From the NCBI GenBank assembly GCA_036506855.1, contig DASXRA010000210.1, positions 1 to 28,279 on the forward strand: a DNA stretch of 28,279 nucleotides, in the 5' to 3' direction. Each line of letters starts with the position of its first letter. Positions within the stretch are counted from its first letter, which is position 1. The stretch comes from Jatrophihabitantaceae bacterium (GTDB taxonomy: Bacteria; Actinomycetota; Actinomycetes; Mycobacteriales; Jatrophihabitantaceae). The notes beneath the pieces were generated by a model that made no database searches, had not been told where the DNA came from, and worked only from the letters and a program-made list of their open reading frames with translations. Below, piece after piece: positions 8,868 through 17,249 of this stretch. The position numbers were made by a program, and so were the translations under genes.

Positions 8868-9638
8868 TCACCAGTTGATCCCTGTCGCACCAGTTGGTTT
8901 GGTGACCATCCCGAATATGCCGTTCTGCAGGTCTTCCAGGTAGTCACGGACGACCGGATGCAGGCCCGGAAGTCGCTGGAAGTCATAGATCCCGTGCGTG
9001 CCCTCCTTGGCTTCGAGGCTTTCGACCGAGTGGAACTGCACCTCCACCATCTGCCCGGTCTCGGTATCGCGCCACACGCTGTTGATGCCCTTGTAGCCGG
9101 CCTCGTTTCCCCACGTGTTCTTCAGCTTTCCGATCGGCTCGAAACCCGCGTCCTTGAGCTTGCCGATAGCGTCCTCGCTGACTCTGGCGTAGTCGTCCCG
9201 GGATGACTTGAACGTATAGCGCACCGCGTCCTTGATGCCGCTGAGCGACTCGTCTACGGTCTTTCCGTCGCGTACGACGTCGGTGGCGACCTTGCGCCGC
9301 AGCGAGTCGGCGGACTTGAGCTTGAACTCTTTCCCCGCCAGCTCAGTGCCCGGAATGGCCTGCTCGATTCGTTCGAGCCTCGGGGTGATCAGCTTCTCGG
9401 CCTCCCCCGACCGCTTGGCGAACGCGTCGATGGCCGCATGCTCTCCGTGGCTCAACTCGCCGACGAGGTCTTTCTCCATCTGGCCGAGAATCTCCTTGGC
9501 CGACCGGGTCTCGCCCCGCTTCAGCGCATCCTTGGTGACGGCGCTCTCCGCGTCGCGCAGAGCGCTGCGCGCGGCCTTGGCGATCAAGCCGCGGGCCGCC
9601 TCCTCGCCGCCGCGAACAGCGGCGCCGCCGCCTACCAC
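8868..9638 (-). CDS. Putative polymorphic toxin with RelA/SpoT-like (small alarmone synthetase) domain; start uncertain (GTG 9638, or ATG 9688 with a frameshift)
   Basis: KLKSADSLRRK (xKxxxSxxxK), DAVRYT, GYKGIN, EVQFHS and AKEGTHGIY correspond to the synthetase motifs in order; Gly/Ala-rich N-terminus. Confidence 0.75.
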   Translation of the reverse strand: MVGGGAAVRGGEEAARGLIAKAARSALRDAESAVTKDALKRGETRSAKEILGQMEKDLVGELSHGEHAAIDAFAKRSGEAEKLITPRLERIEQAIPGTELAGKEFKLKSADSLRRKVATDVVRDGKTVDESLSGIKDAVRYTFKSSRDDYARVSEDAIGKLKDAGFEPIGKLKNTWGNEAGYKGINSVWRDTETGQMVEVQFHSVESLEAKEGTHGIYDFQRLPGLHPVVRDYLEDLQNGIFGMVTKPTGATGINW

Positions 9639-9696
9639 GGCCGCCGCCGCGGCGCCGCGTCGGTGTTCGTGCCCAGCAAGCTCTCCATCCCTTCAC

Positions 9697-10188
9697 TCAG
9701 CTCAGGATCGCCATGATGACCTCGTTGATGATCGCGTTGATGATGCGCTCGGCGATCTCCTTGAACACCGGGATCTCGGCGAGCGACGCGCCGAACGTCG
9801 GCACCGCCGTCGCGATCGCTTCGGCGATCTCGCACGCGAGGATCACGAGGTTGACGATTGTGTTGATCTTGAGGCCGAGCACCAGGCCCGCGCACGCGAA
9901 CATCGCCGCGCCGACGGCCTCGACTCCGGTCGTCGCGTCGCCGAGCACTGAGGCAGGCGAGTTGTGGCTCTGGAGCTTGTCGTGGAACGCGTTCAGCGCG
10001 TCGGCTTGGTTGTTCGCCATGAGCTTCTGCGCAGCCGTCATCGTGAGTTGATGGGACTGGCCGACCGCCGAACCGAACTGGCACCAGGACTGGCCGACCG
10101 TGAACAGATCCTGCTCGTCGACCTCGGGCCAGGTGAAGCCCAGGTCGTTGAGCAGGCGTTCTAGTTCGCCGGGCAGTGTGACGCCCAT
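9697..10188 (-). CDS. WXG100-like helical carrier domain protein (163 aa)
   Basis: ATG 10188 with GGAGG: MGVTLPGELERLLNDLGFTWPEVDEQDL...AVPTFGASLA. Resembles the N-terminal domain of actinobacterial type VII toxins but ends in its own stop. Confidence 0.7.
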   Translation of the reverse strand: MGVTLPGELERLLNDLGFTWPEVDEQDLFTVGQSWCQFGSAVGQSHQLTMTAAQKLMANNQADALNAFHDKLQSHNSPASVLGDATTGVEAVGAAMFACAGLVLGLKINTIVNLVILACEIAEAIATAVPTFGASLAEIPVFKEIAERIINAIINEVIMAILS

Positions 10189-10204
10189 ACAGGTGCCCTC
10201 CCCG

Positions 10205-10510
10205 TCACTCTGCTTTGAACAGCGTCGCGCTGTTCTCCTCGGCGTCTTGGTAGTGCTTCGCCATCGTGTGCAGCCCGTCGGAGTAGGTACCCAGAGCCTG
10301 GTGCGACGTGCCGAAGCACGAGTCGGCGACCGCAATCGCGCCCATGAGCGTCATCTGGATGAGCGGCGCGACCATGTCGGTCTGGCCGAACTTGATGCCC
10401 ATCGTCTGCGCCTTGAGCTGTTCCCATTGCTGGTGCAGGTCGTCGCCGGCCTGTACGAGCGCGTCGCCCGTGGTGTGGAAGTCGTCAGGGTTGACGAGGA
10501 AGCCGACCAT
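10205..10510 (-). CDS. WXG100-like type VII secretion substrate (101 aa)
   Basis: About 100 aa, helical, with a C-terminal YxxxE signal (HYQDAEE) and no canonical WxG. Confidence 0.7.
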   Translation of the reverse strand: MVGFLVNPDDFHTTGDALVQAGDDLHQQWEQLKAQTMGIKFGQTDMVAPLIQMTLMGAIAVADSCFGTSHQALGTYSDGLHTMAKHYQDAEENSATLFKAE

Positions 10511-10512
10511 GC

Positions 10513-10860
10513 CTACTGCGCCCGCAGTCGGGTCACCGCAGCCGTGAGCTCGCCGCTCATGCGTTTCATCTGCTCGGCGGACTGTTCCTGGATCGCTGTG
10601 AGCTCCTCGATCAGGTTCGACGTCGACGAATCTGCCGGACGGGCGTCGACGGCCTGGTTCACGGCAGCCGCGATACCGTCCGCGAGCTCGGCGGCAGGCC
10701 TGCGCAGCATCGTCGGATCGACCGAGATGGACGCGACGTCGCCGTCCGGGCCGACGATCACGGTGATCAGTCCGTCGTCGGACGTGCCGGTCGTGGAGTC
10801 GCTGGTGCGGCGCCCCGATCCGGACAATACGGCGCTCGTCCGCATGAGTAGGTCGTCCAT
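10513..10860 (-). CDS. YbaB/EbfC-family (EspL-like) protein; start uncertain (10947/10884/10860/10845)
   Basis: GTSDDGLITVIVGPDGDVASISVDPTMLRRPAAELADGIAAAVNQA matches the family core. Confidence 0.7.
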   Translation of the reverse strand: MDDLLMRTSAVLSGSGRRTSDSTTGTSDDGLITVIVGPDGDVASISVDPTMLRRPAAELADGIAAAVNQAVDARPADSSTSNLIEELTAIQEQSAEQMKRMSGELTAAVTRLRAQ

Positions 10861-10894
10861 CTCCTGAACCGGGTCGGGCCGCACGTTCGTGACT

Positions 10895-11326
10895 CTAGCG
10901 GCGAGTCGATCCAATTTCGCCGGGCTGGCCGGCCGAATTTCCGGCACGCTCCTCGCGCGCTGCCTGCACGTGCTGCTCGACCTCGGCCATGGCCTGGACG
11001 ATCAACGTGAGCTCGGTCCGGGCCTGCTCGCGCATCGCCTTGAGCGCGTCGACCACCGGGGCGAAGTCGACCTTGCCGGGACGCGCGGCGAGTGCACCGT
11101 TGATGGCTGTCTGGATCTCCGCGGTCACGTCCGCGAGCGGGCGGCGCAGGACGCTCGGGTCGATCGACAGGGACCGCACCCGACCCTCGAGGCTGACCTC
11201 GGCTGTGATCAATCCGTCCGCGGCGGAACCCAGGTACGGGCCTGCGGCCGCCTGCGTTGAGTCGGGAAGCCTTCCAGCAAGTGCCGCCCGCGCCTGCGTC
11301 ACGAGAGCGTCGACCGACGAATCCAT
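10895..11326 (-). CDS. YbaB/EbfC-family (EspL-like) protein
   Basis: GSAADGLITAEVSLEGRVRSLSIDPSVLRRPLADVTAEIQTAINGA; paralogous to the next gene. TAAGGT lies 8 nt before the ATG. Confidence 0.72.
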   Translation of the reverse strand: MDSSVDALVTQARAALAGRLPDSTQAAAGPYLGSAADGLITAEVSLEGRVRSLSIDPSVLRRPLADVTAEIQTAINGALAARPGKVDFAPVVDALKAMREQARTELTLIVQAMAEVEQHVQAAREERAGNSAGQPGEIGSTRR

Positions 11327-11407
11327 GAACGCAGACCTTAGTGGGACGCGTTGGGTGAGTCCTGGTGACCAACTACGAAGCCGCAGCCGCGCCGACGCAA
11401 CGCGAAC

Positions 11408-11431
11408 CGATCGCGCCTTCCGGCGCGATCG
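11408..11431 (-). terminator. Stem-loop after pafA, probable intrinsic terminator
   Basis: Perfect 10-bp stem cgatcgcgcc-ttcc-ggcgcgatcg, 7 nt past the pafA stop; U-tract weak. Confidence 0.6.
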
Positions 11432-11438
11432 ATTTGCT

Positions 11439-12797
11439 CTACATGGAGTTGATCAGCTTCTCGACCCGGTCGTCGACGCTGCGGTACGGATCTTTGCAGA
11501 GCACGGTGCGCTGGGCCTGGTCGTTGAGCTTGAGGTGCACCCAGTCGACGGTGAAGTCGCGGCGACGTTCCTGGGCGCGGCGGATGAAGTCGCCGCGCAG
11601 CTTCGCCCGGGTCGTCTGCGGCGGCACGTTCTTCGCCTCGAACACGGTCAGGTCGTTCGTGATCCGGTCGACCGCGCCGCGTCGTTGCAACAGGTAGTAG
11701 AGGCCGCGTCCGCGCTGGATGTCGTGATAGGCGAGATCGAGCTGCGCCACCCGCGGCGACGACAGCGGCAGATCGTGCTTGGCCCGGTAGCGCTCGATGA
11801 GCGTGTACTTGGTGGCCCAGTCGATCTCGCGGTCGATCTTGCTCAGATCACCCTCCTCGACCGCGTCGAGCGTGCGCCCCCACAGTTCGAGCACGCGCTT
11901 GGAAGCGTCGTCCACGCCGGTGCGTTCGACGAAGTCCACGGCCTTGCCGTAGTACTCGCGCTGGATGTCGAGCGCCGAGGCGCTGCGCCCGGCCGCGAGG
12001 CGAACCTGCCGGGAGCCGGTCAGGTCGTGCGAGATCTCGCGGATCGCGCGGATCGGGTTCTCCAGCGCGAGGTCGCGGAACGTGACCCCGTGCTCGAGCA
12101 TGCGGAGCACCAAGTCGGCCGAGCCGACCTTGAGCATTGTGGTCGCCTCGTTCATGTTCGAGTCGCCGACGATGACGTGCAGGCGCCGGTAGCGCTCGGC
12201 GTCGGCGTGCGGCTCGTCGCGGGTGTTGATGATCGGACGCGACCGGGTGGTCGCCGACGAGACGCCCTCCCAGATGTGCTCGGCGCGCTGGCTCACGCAG
12301 TACACGGCGCCACGCGGCGTCTGCAGCACTTTGCCAGCGCCACAGATCATCTGCCGGGTGACCAGGAACGGGATCAGCACGTCGGCCATCCGGCTGAACT
12401 CGCCGTGCCGGCCGACCAGGTAGTTCTCGTGGCAGCCGTAGGAGTTGCCGGCCGAGTCGGTGTTGTTCTTGAACAGGTAGATGTCGCCGGCGATGCCCTC
12501 GTCGTGCAGGCGTTTCTCCGCATCGACGACAAGGCCCTCCAGGATCCGCTCCCCCGCCTTGTCGTGCGCCACCAGCGAGGTCAGCGAGTCGCATTCCGGC
12601 GTCGCGTACTCGGGATGGCTCCCGACGTCCAGGTACAGCCGCGCGCCGTTTCGCAGGAAGACGTTCGACGAGCGGCCCCACGACACGACACGGCGAAACA
12701 GGTAGCGCGCCACCTCGTCGGGCGACAGGCGCCGCTGGCCGTGAAACGTGCACGTGACGCCGTACTCGTTCTCGATACCGAAGATGCGCTTGTGCAC
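11439..12797 (-). CDS. pafA: Pup-protein ligase PafA
   Basis: [63 protein letters not shown] lies 6 nt before GTG 12797 (alternative GTG 12800). Confidence 0.97.
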   Translation of the reverse strand: MHKRIFGIENEYGVTCTFHGQRRLSPDEVARYLFRRVVSWGRSSNVFLRNGARLYLDVGSHPEYATPECDSLTSLVAHDKAGERILEGLVVDAEKRLHDEGIAGDIYLFKNNTDSAGNSYGCHENYLVGRHGEFSRMADVLIPFLVTRQMICGAGKVLQTPRGAVYCVSQRAEHIWEGVSSATTRSRPIINTRDEPHADAERYRRLHVIVGDSNMNEATTMLKVGSADLVLRMLEHGVTFRDLALENPIRAIREISHDLTGSRQVRLAAGRSASALDIQREYYGKAVDFVERTGVDDASKRVLELWGRTLDAVEEGDLSKIDREIDWATKYTLIERYRAKHDLPLSSPRVAQLDLAYHDIQRGRGLYYLLQRRGAVDRITNDLTVFEAKNVPPQTTRAKLRGDFIRRAQERRRDFTVDWVHLKLNDQAQRTVLCKDPYRSVDDRVEKLINSM

Positions 12798-12883
12798 CAC
12801 GACAGCCTATGCGCTGACGCGCGCGCGGCGCTGGCGAAGCGCCCGGCGTCCGGCGTAGCGGCCCGACAAGTGCGCGATGCCGA

Positions 12884-13522
12884 TCAGAGCGGTAGCGCCA
12901 GCAACGGCTTGCCGCTGACCGTGGTGATGTCGACCTCCTTGACCTGCGAGCGCGGCAGGGCGATCCCGCTCTGGTAGGTCGTTGCCTTCCCGGGGACAAG
13001 ATTCCAGCTGCCCAGATCGTGGTGCTTGCCGCTTCGGTCGACTACGACCAGCGCGTACGGCCGCACCGGTTGCGACGTCTCGTAATACCGGCAGACCAGC
13101 TCGATCTTGGTTCCCCAGCCGACATCGCGCACGTCGGCAGTCGCCGTGATCGGAGCGCTCGCTACGGCCGTCATCGCGACCGGATGCGAGGACGGTCCGG
13201 ACGTCGGCCAGCTGACGACGACGGCAAGGGCGAGCACACAGGCCGCCGCGGCAGCCACGCCGCTCACGATCCAGCGACGACGGCGTGCCGCGCCGCGTGC
13301 TCGTCGCTGCAGGGCCGGCAACAGCGACAGCGGGGGCGCCTCGTCGAGGAGGGCCGACTCGGGCACGGTGGCGAGCAGGGCCGGCAAGCCGCTCAGCTCG
13401 CGCACGGATGTACTGCACGCGTCGCACTCGGCAAGGTGAGCCTCGAACGCGATCCGATCAGGATCGGAGAGGGCACCCAAGACGTACGCCCCGTCGAACA
13501 TGGCAAACGGATCGCTGGTCAC
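12884..13522 (-). CDS. Zinc-binding (ZAS, zf-HC2) transmembrane anti-sigma factor, RslA-like
   Basis: FEAHLAECDAC (HxxxCxxC), one TM helix, extracytoplasmic WGTKIELVC domain; GTGA overlap with the sigma gene. Confidence 0.85.
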   Translation of the reverse strand: MTSDPFAMFDGAYVLGALSDPDRIAFEAHLAECDACSTSVRELSGLPALLATVPESALLDEAPPLSLLPALQRRARGAARRRRWIVSGVAAAAACVLALAVVVSWPTSGPSSHPVAMTAVASAPITATADVRDVGWGTKIELVCRYYETSQPVRPYALVVVDRSGKHHDLGSWNLVPGKATTYQSGIALPRSQVKEVDITTVSGKPLLALPL

Positions 13523-14058
13523 AGCACACCTCCCATCTCGTCAAGAGCCAGCCGAAGTGCCCGCAGCGCGTAGTGCGCACGAGACTTGACCGTGCCTTCG
13601 GGCACGCCGAGCCGTTTCGCCGCCTCGGCGACGGACGAGCCGCGGTAGTAACACTCGAGCACCACCTGGCGGTGTTCGAGTGACAGCTGCCGCAACGCCG
13701 CCGTGACGACCGCCGCGTCCATGGCCTTGTCGGTCGCGTCGGCGACCTGCTGTTCAGGCGGTTCGGCGGTCACCACCTCGTGCCGGCTGCGCGACGTGCG
13801 CCAGTCGTCGATCACTATGCGCCGCGCGACCGTGAACAACCAGGCACGTGCGGAGCCCTGCGACTGGTCGAGTACCTGCGGATGCCGCCAGGCACGCAAC
13901 ATCGTCTCCTGGACGACGTCCTCCGCCCGGGCCCGGTCGCCCCCAGTGAGATGTACCGCATAGGACCACAGTGCGCGGGCGTGCTCGTCGTGCAGCGCGC
14001 GCATGAGGTCGGCGTCGCTCGTCCGCACACCACTCCCGGTAACTTGACCTGACTGCAT
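13519..14058 (-). CDS. ECF sigma factor, SigL-like (start ATG 14058 or GTG 14028)
   Basis: AEDVVQETMLRAWRH, RAWLFTVARRIVIDDWR, LGVPEGTVKSRAHYALRALR. Confidence 0.9.
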   Translation of the reverse strand: MQSGQVTGSGVRTSDADLMRALHDEHARALWSYAVHLTGGDRARAEDVVQETMLRAWRHPQVLDQSQGSARAWLFTVARRIVIDDWRTSRSRHEVVTAEPPEQQVADATDKAMDAAVVTAALRQLSLEHRQVVLECYYRGSSVAEAAKRLGVPEGTVKSRAHYALRALRLALDEMGGVL

Positions 14059-14108
14059 CGCCCGGCGCCGCGCGTCGGTCACCGTGCAGTCTGCCCCGCC
14101 AGTCAGGG

Positions 14109-14540
14109 TCAGCGCGACTGTCGCCACAGCATCCACGACGCAAGACCCCCGAATACGACCGCGACGTACTCCGCCACCTCCGCCAGTACCTGCGGCTGAC
14201 CGCTTGCGACCTCGTGCAGGCCGAACAGGCCGACCGACACCGACAGGTAGAACGCCACGAGCGTCCCCGCGCCGAAGCCGGCGGCAGCGAGCGCGGGCAG
14301 CCAATGCGACCAGGACAGCACGACCAACCCGATCAGCACGCCGCTGACCGCGTTGAGCAGGAACAGCGGGCCGATGGTCGGGATGTCACGGAATCCCTGC
14401 GAATACCACAAATCGAGGTGGACATCGGCGGAGAGCAGCACACCTGCCACGGCCAGGCCGCGCGCGACGTTCGTCGCGACGCGACGCTGAACGGCAGCCG
14501 GCATCGCGATGTGCACGCGGCTCGGCGCATGTACGGACAT
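14109..14540 (-). CDS. Four-helix membrane protein, first gene of the sigma operon
   Basis: GAGGAGG 7 nt before ATG 14540; VHLDLW...IPTIGPLFLLNA...LFGLHE; about four hydrophobic segments. Confidence 0.75.
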   Translation of the reverse strand: MSVHAPSRVHIAMPAAVQRRVATNVARGLAVAGVLLSADVHLDLWYSQGFRDIPTIGPLFLLNAVSGVLIGLVVLSWSHWLPALAAAGFGAGTLVAFYLSVSVGLFGLHEVASGQPQVLAEVAEYVAVVFGGLASWMLWRQSR

Positions 14541-14569
14541 CTGCGGCCTCCTCGAGATCCTCTGTGCTA

Positions 14570-14597
14570 GACACGGCGCGAGCGACCGCGGGGTTCA
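14570..14597 (-). promoter_or_regulatory. SigL-type ECF promoter TGAACC-N16-CGTGTC driving the membrane protein/sigma/anti-sigma operon
   Basis: Read directly on the minus strand about 30 nt upstream of ATG 14540; matches the mycobacterial SigL consensus. Confidence 0.75.
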
Positions 14598-14611
14598 CTC
14601 CGCCGAAACAC

Positions 14612-14639
14612 TGAACCCGTCGCCCCGCCCGCGCGTATC
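14612..14639 (+). promoter_or_regulatory. SigL-type ECF promoter TGAACC-N16-CGTATC driving the Rieske gene
   Basis: TGAACC at 14612-14617 and CGTATC at 14634-14639, 40 nt before ATG 14680. Confidence 0.72.
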
Positions 14640-14679
14640 GGTAGGTGTCCGTGTCGAGCGAGTCCGTGGAGGTAAACCG

Positions 14680-15132
14680 ATGAACGACGACCCGACTGTT
14701 TCGCGCCGTGCCGTCCTCGCGGCTGGCGCCGTCGGGGCAGGGGCCGTCGCTCTGGCCGCGTGCTCGAGTTCGTCCAAGCCGGGTGCCACGCAGCCGGCCG
14801 GCACGCGGCCCTCAGGCTCGCAGCCTGCGGCGAGCGGGAACGACCTCGTCAAGTTGGCCGACGTCGAGGTCGGCAAGTGTGTCGCGGTGAAACTGCCGGA
14901 CGGCAAGCCTGGGATCGTGTCGCGACCCACCGAAGACACGGCTGTCGCGTTCAGTGCCAAGTGCACGCACATGGGTTGCACCGTCGCGCCGGCGGGCAGC
15001 GAGCTGCACTGCCCGTGTCACGGCTCGAAGTACAACGCGCTGACCGGCGCCGTGCTTCAGGGACCGGCACCGCAACCGTTGGCAAAGATCGACGTGCAGG
15101 TCGTCAGCGGCGAAGTCGTCGCGAGCAGCTAG
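14680..15132 (+). CDS. Rieske [2Fe-2S] Tat lipoprotein
   Basis: GGAGG RBS, SRRAVL twin-arginine signal, LAAC lipobox, CTHMGC and CPCHGS Rieske boxes. Confidence 0.9.
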   Translation: MNDDPTVSRRAVLAAGAVGAGAVALAACSSSSKPGATQPAGTRPSGSQPAASGNDLVKLADVEVGKCVAVKLPDGKPGIVSRPTEDTAVAFSAKCTHMGCTVAPAGSELHCPCHGSKYNALTGAVLQGPAPQPLAKIDVQVVSGEVVASS

Positions 15133-15920
15133 CTGCTGCCGTCGGATCCGGACGAGTCCGGCGCGTCGTCGGCGTCGTGCCGCGGCGTGTCGGCCGGGGC
15201 CGGTTCGGCCGGCTGGCCGGTCGTGTCGGCGGGTAGCAGCGGGCTCAGCGCGGCACCGGTGATCCGCTTGAACTTGCGCGACGGACGTGTGCGGTCGAGG
15301 ACGGCAACCTCGAGTTGGTTGGCGGGCAGCGTACGTGGCGAGCCGTTGCCGCCGACTGACCCGAGCGCGCGCACTGTCACGGCCAACGCCTCGGCGAGCG
15401 GCAGCCCGGCCTCGTAGGTCCGGCGCATCTCGGTGGTGACCGCCTCGGCCTGCCCACCCATCACGAGGAAGTCGGGCTCGTCGACGATCGTGCCGTCGTA
15501 GGAGACGCGATACATCTGGTCCTCGTCGGACGTGGCACCGACCTCGGCGACGCACAGCTCGACCTCATAGGGCTTTTGCTGATCGGTGAAGATCTGGCCC
15601 AGCGTCTGCGCGTACGCGTTGCCCAAGGCTCGGGCCGTGACGTCGCGGCGATCGTAGGAGTACCCGCGCAGGTCGGCCAGCCTGATGCCCGCGACGCGCA
15701 TGTTCTCGAATTCGTTGTACTTGCCGACCGCGGCGAACCCGATGCGGTCGTAGATCTCGCTGACCTTGTGCAGCGCCGAGCTGGCGTTCTCGGCGACGAA
15801 CAGGATGCCGTCGGCGTAGGTGAGCACGACGACGCTGCGGCCACGTGCGATGCCCTTGCGCGCGTACTCCGAGCGGTCGCGCATGATCTGCTCGGCCGAC
15901 GCGTAGAACGGCATCGTCAT
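15129..15920 (-). CDS. prcA: 20S proteasome alpha subunit
   Basis: [50 protein letters not shown]. Confidence 0.97.
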   Translation of the reverse strand: MTMPFYASAEQIMRDRSEYARKGIARGRSVVVLTYADGILFVAENASSALHKVSEIYDRIGFAAVGKYNEFENMRVAGIRLADLRGYSYDRRDVTARALGNAYAQTLGQIFTDQQKPYEVELCVAEVGATSDEDQMYRVSYDGTIVDEPDFLVMGGQAEAVTTEMRRTYEAGLPLAEALAVTVRALGSVGGNGSPRTLPANQLEVAVLDRTRPSRKFKRITGAALSPLLPADTTGQPAEPAPADTPRHDADDAPDSSGSDGSS

Positions 15921-15961
15921 GGTCGTGGTCTCCGCAAGGTCGAGGTGATCGGGACGGGGGG

Positions 15962-16804
15962 TCAGGAGCCGGGCTGGTCGCGGCGCTCGTCGAGGATCGC
16001 GCGCACGATCGTGTCGAGCTCGGAATCGCCGACGCGCGCCGTGCCTTCGGCGGTCGCCAGCATGACGACCGGGAAGATCTGGCGGTTCAGGTCCGGCCCG
16101 CCGGTGGCCGAGTCGTCATCGGCAGCGTCGTAGAGAGCCTCGACGGCGACGCGAATCGCGCCGGCGCGGTCGAGGGCAGGACGCCATCGCTTCTTCAACG
16201 ATCCCTTCGCGAACAGCGAGCCCGATCCGATCGAGTCGTAGTACCGCTCGGGGAAGCGCCCACCGGCCGGATCGAAGCTGTAGATCCGTCCGGCGTTCGC
16301 CGGATCGTCGGCGTCGATGTCGAAGCCGGCGAAGAGCGGAACGACGGCCAGCCCCTGCATAGCCATCGCGAGGTTGCCCTGGATCATCGTGGCCAACCGG
16401 TTGGCCTTGCCGTCAAGGGTGAGGTGGGTGCCCTCGATCTTCTCGTAATGCTCCAACTCGACCTGGTAGAGACGCACGATCTCGACAGCCAGGCCGGCCG
16501 TTCCGGCGATGCCCACCAGCGAGTACTCGTCGGACGCGAAGACCTTCTCCATATCGCGCTGCGCGATGAGATTTCCCATCGTGGAGCGCCGGTCGCCGGC
16601 CATGATGACGCCGTCGGTGAAGGTGGCTGCGACGATCGTCGTGCCGTGCGTGGCGAGCTCGCCGGCGGGCAGCAGGCGCTGGCGCGGCAGCAGATCTGGC
16701 GCGGCCGCGCTCAGGAAGTCGGTGAAGGACGACGATCCGGGAGAGGTTGCGTAGCGCAGCATGCTCTGAATGGCGGCTGCGCCGGTGTACCGGTCGATGC
16801 TCAC
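15962..16804 (-). CDS. prcB: 20S proteasome beta subunit with propeptide
   Basis: SSSFTDFL propeptide, HG|TTIVA autocleavage site, [19 protein letters not shown]. Confidence 0.97.
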   Translation of the reverse strand: MSIDRYTGAAAIQSMLRYATSPGSSSFTDFLSAAAPDLLPRQRLLPAGELATHGTTIVAATFTDGVIMAGDRRSTMGNLIAQRDMEKVFASDEYSLVGIAGTAGLAVEIVRLYQVELEHYEKIEGTHLTLDGKANRLATMIQGNLAMAMQGLAVVPLFAGFDIDADDPANAGRIYSFDPAGGRFPERYYDSIGSGSLFAKGSLKKRWRPALDRAGAIRVAVEALYDAADDDSATGGPDLNRQIFPVVMLATAEGTARVGDSELDTIVRAILDERRDQPGS

Positions 16805-16903
16805 GACGCTCCCTCAATGTCGACTGCTGGCCACGACCCTACCTATGCGCGCGGGAGTCATGTCACGCGCAGGATGATGATCGCGGTCACCCGGAGCGCG
16901 CCG

Positions 16904-17110
16904 TCACTCCCCTCCCTTTTGCACGAAGGACCGGACGAAATCCTCGGCGTTGGTTTCGAGCACGTCGTCGATCTCGTCGAGCAACGCGTCGACGTCCTCG
17001 GTGAGCTTCTCCTGCCGTTCGGCGACATCAGAGGTGGCGTCGACATCGACCTCATCGGCGTTTTCGGGCTGGCGCTGTGGGCGGCTCTGGCCGCTGTCGT
17101 GAGTGGGCAT
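16904..17110 (-). CDS. pup: Prokaryotic ubiquitin-like protein Pup (68 aa, C-terminal GGE)
   Basis: DALLDEIDDVLETNAEDFVRSFVQKGGE; GGAG RBS before ATG 17110; TAGGGT -10 element at 17148-17153. Confidence 0.97.
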   Translation of the reverse strand: MPTHDSGQSRPQRQPENADEVDVDATSDVAERQEKLTEDVDALLDEIDDVLETNAEDFVRSFVQKGGE

Positions 17111-17249
17111 GTCGACTCCCTGTGCTGGCCGGTACCGGTCGAACTTCACCCTAGCTCGACATGGTGACGTATCGATGACAGTTTGCCGAAAGCCGTCCGG
17201 CAACGGCCGGTATCGCGGCGAGCGCTAATCGCACATACCCGGCGTCGGG

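Noticed and set aside
10865-10890. Third SigL-type promoter TGAACC-N17-CGT
   Set aside because: Antisense inside the toxin cassette with no downstream gene; likely chance.
8474-11438. Mobile element (IS, prophage, integron) carrying the toxin cassette
   Set aside because: No transposase, integrase, terminal inverted repeats or target-site duplication found by eye.
10989-12977. 662-aa plus-strand ORF
   Set aside because: Antisense shadow of pafA caused by high-GC codon bias; no motifs. The same applies to 19129..20193, 20943..22148, 23883..25805 and 3773..5131.
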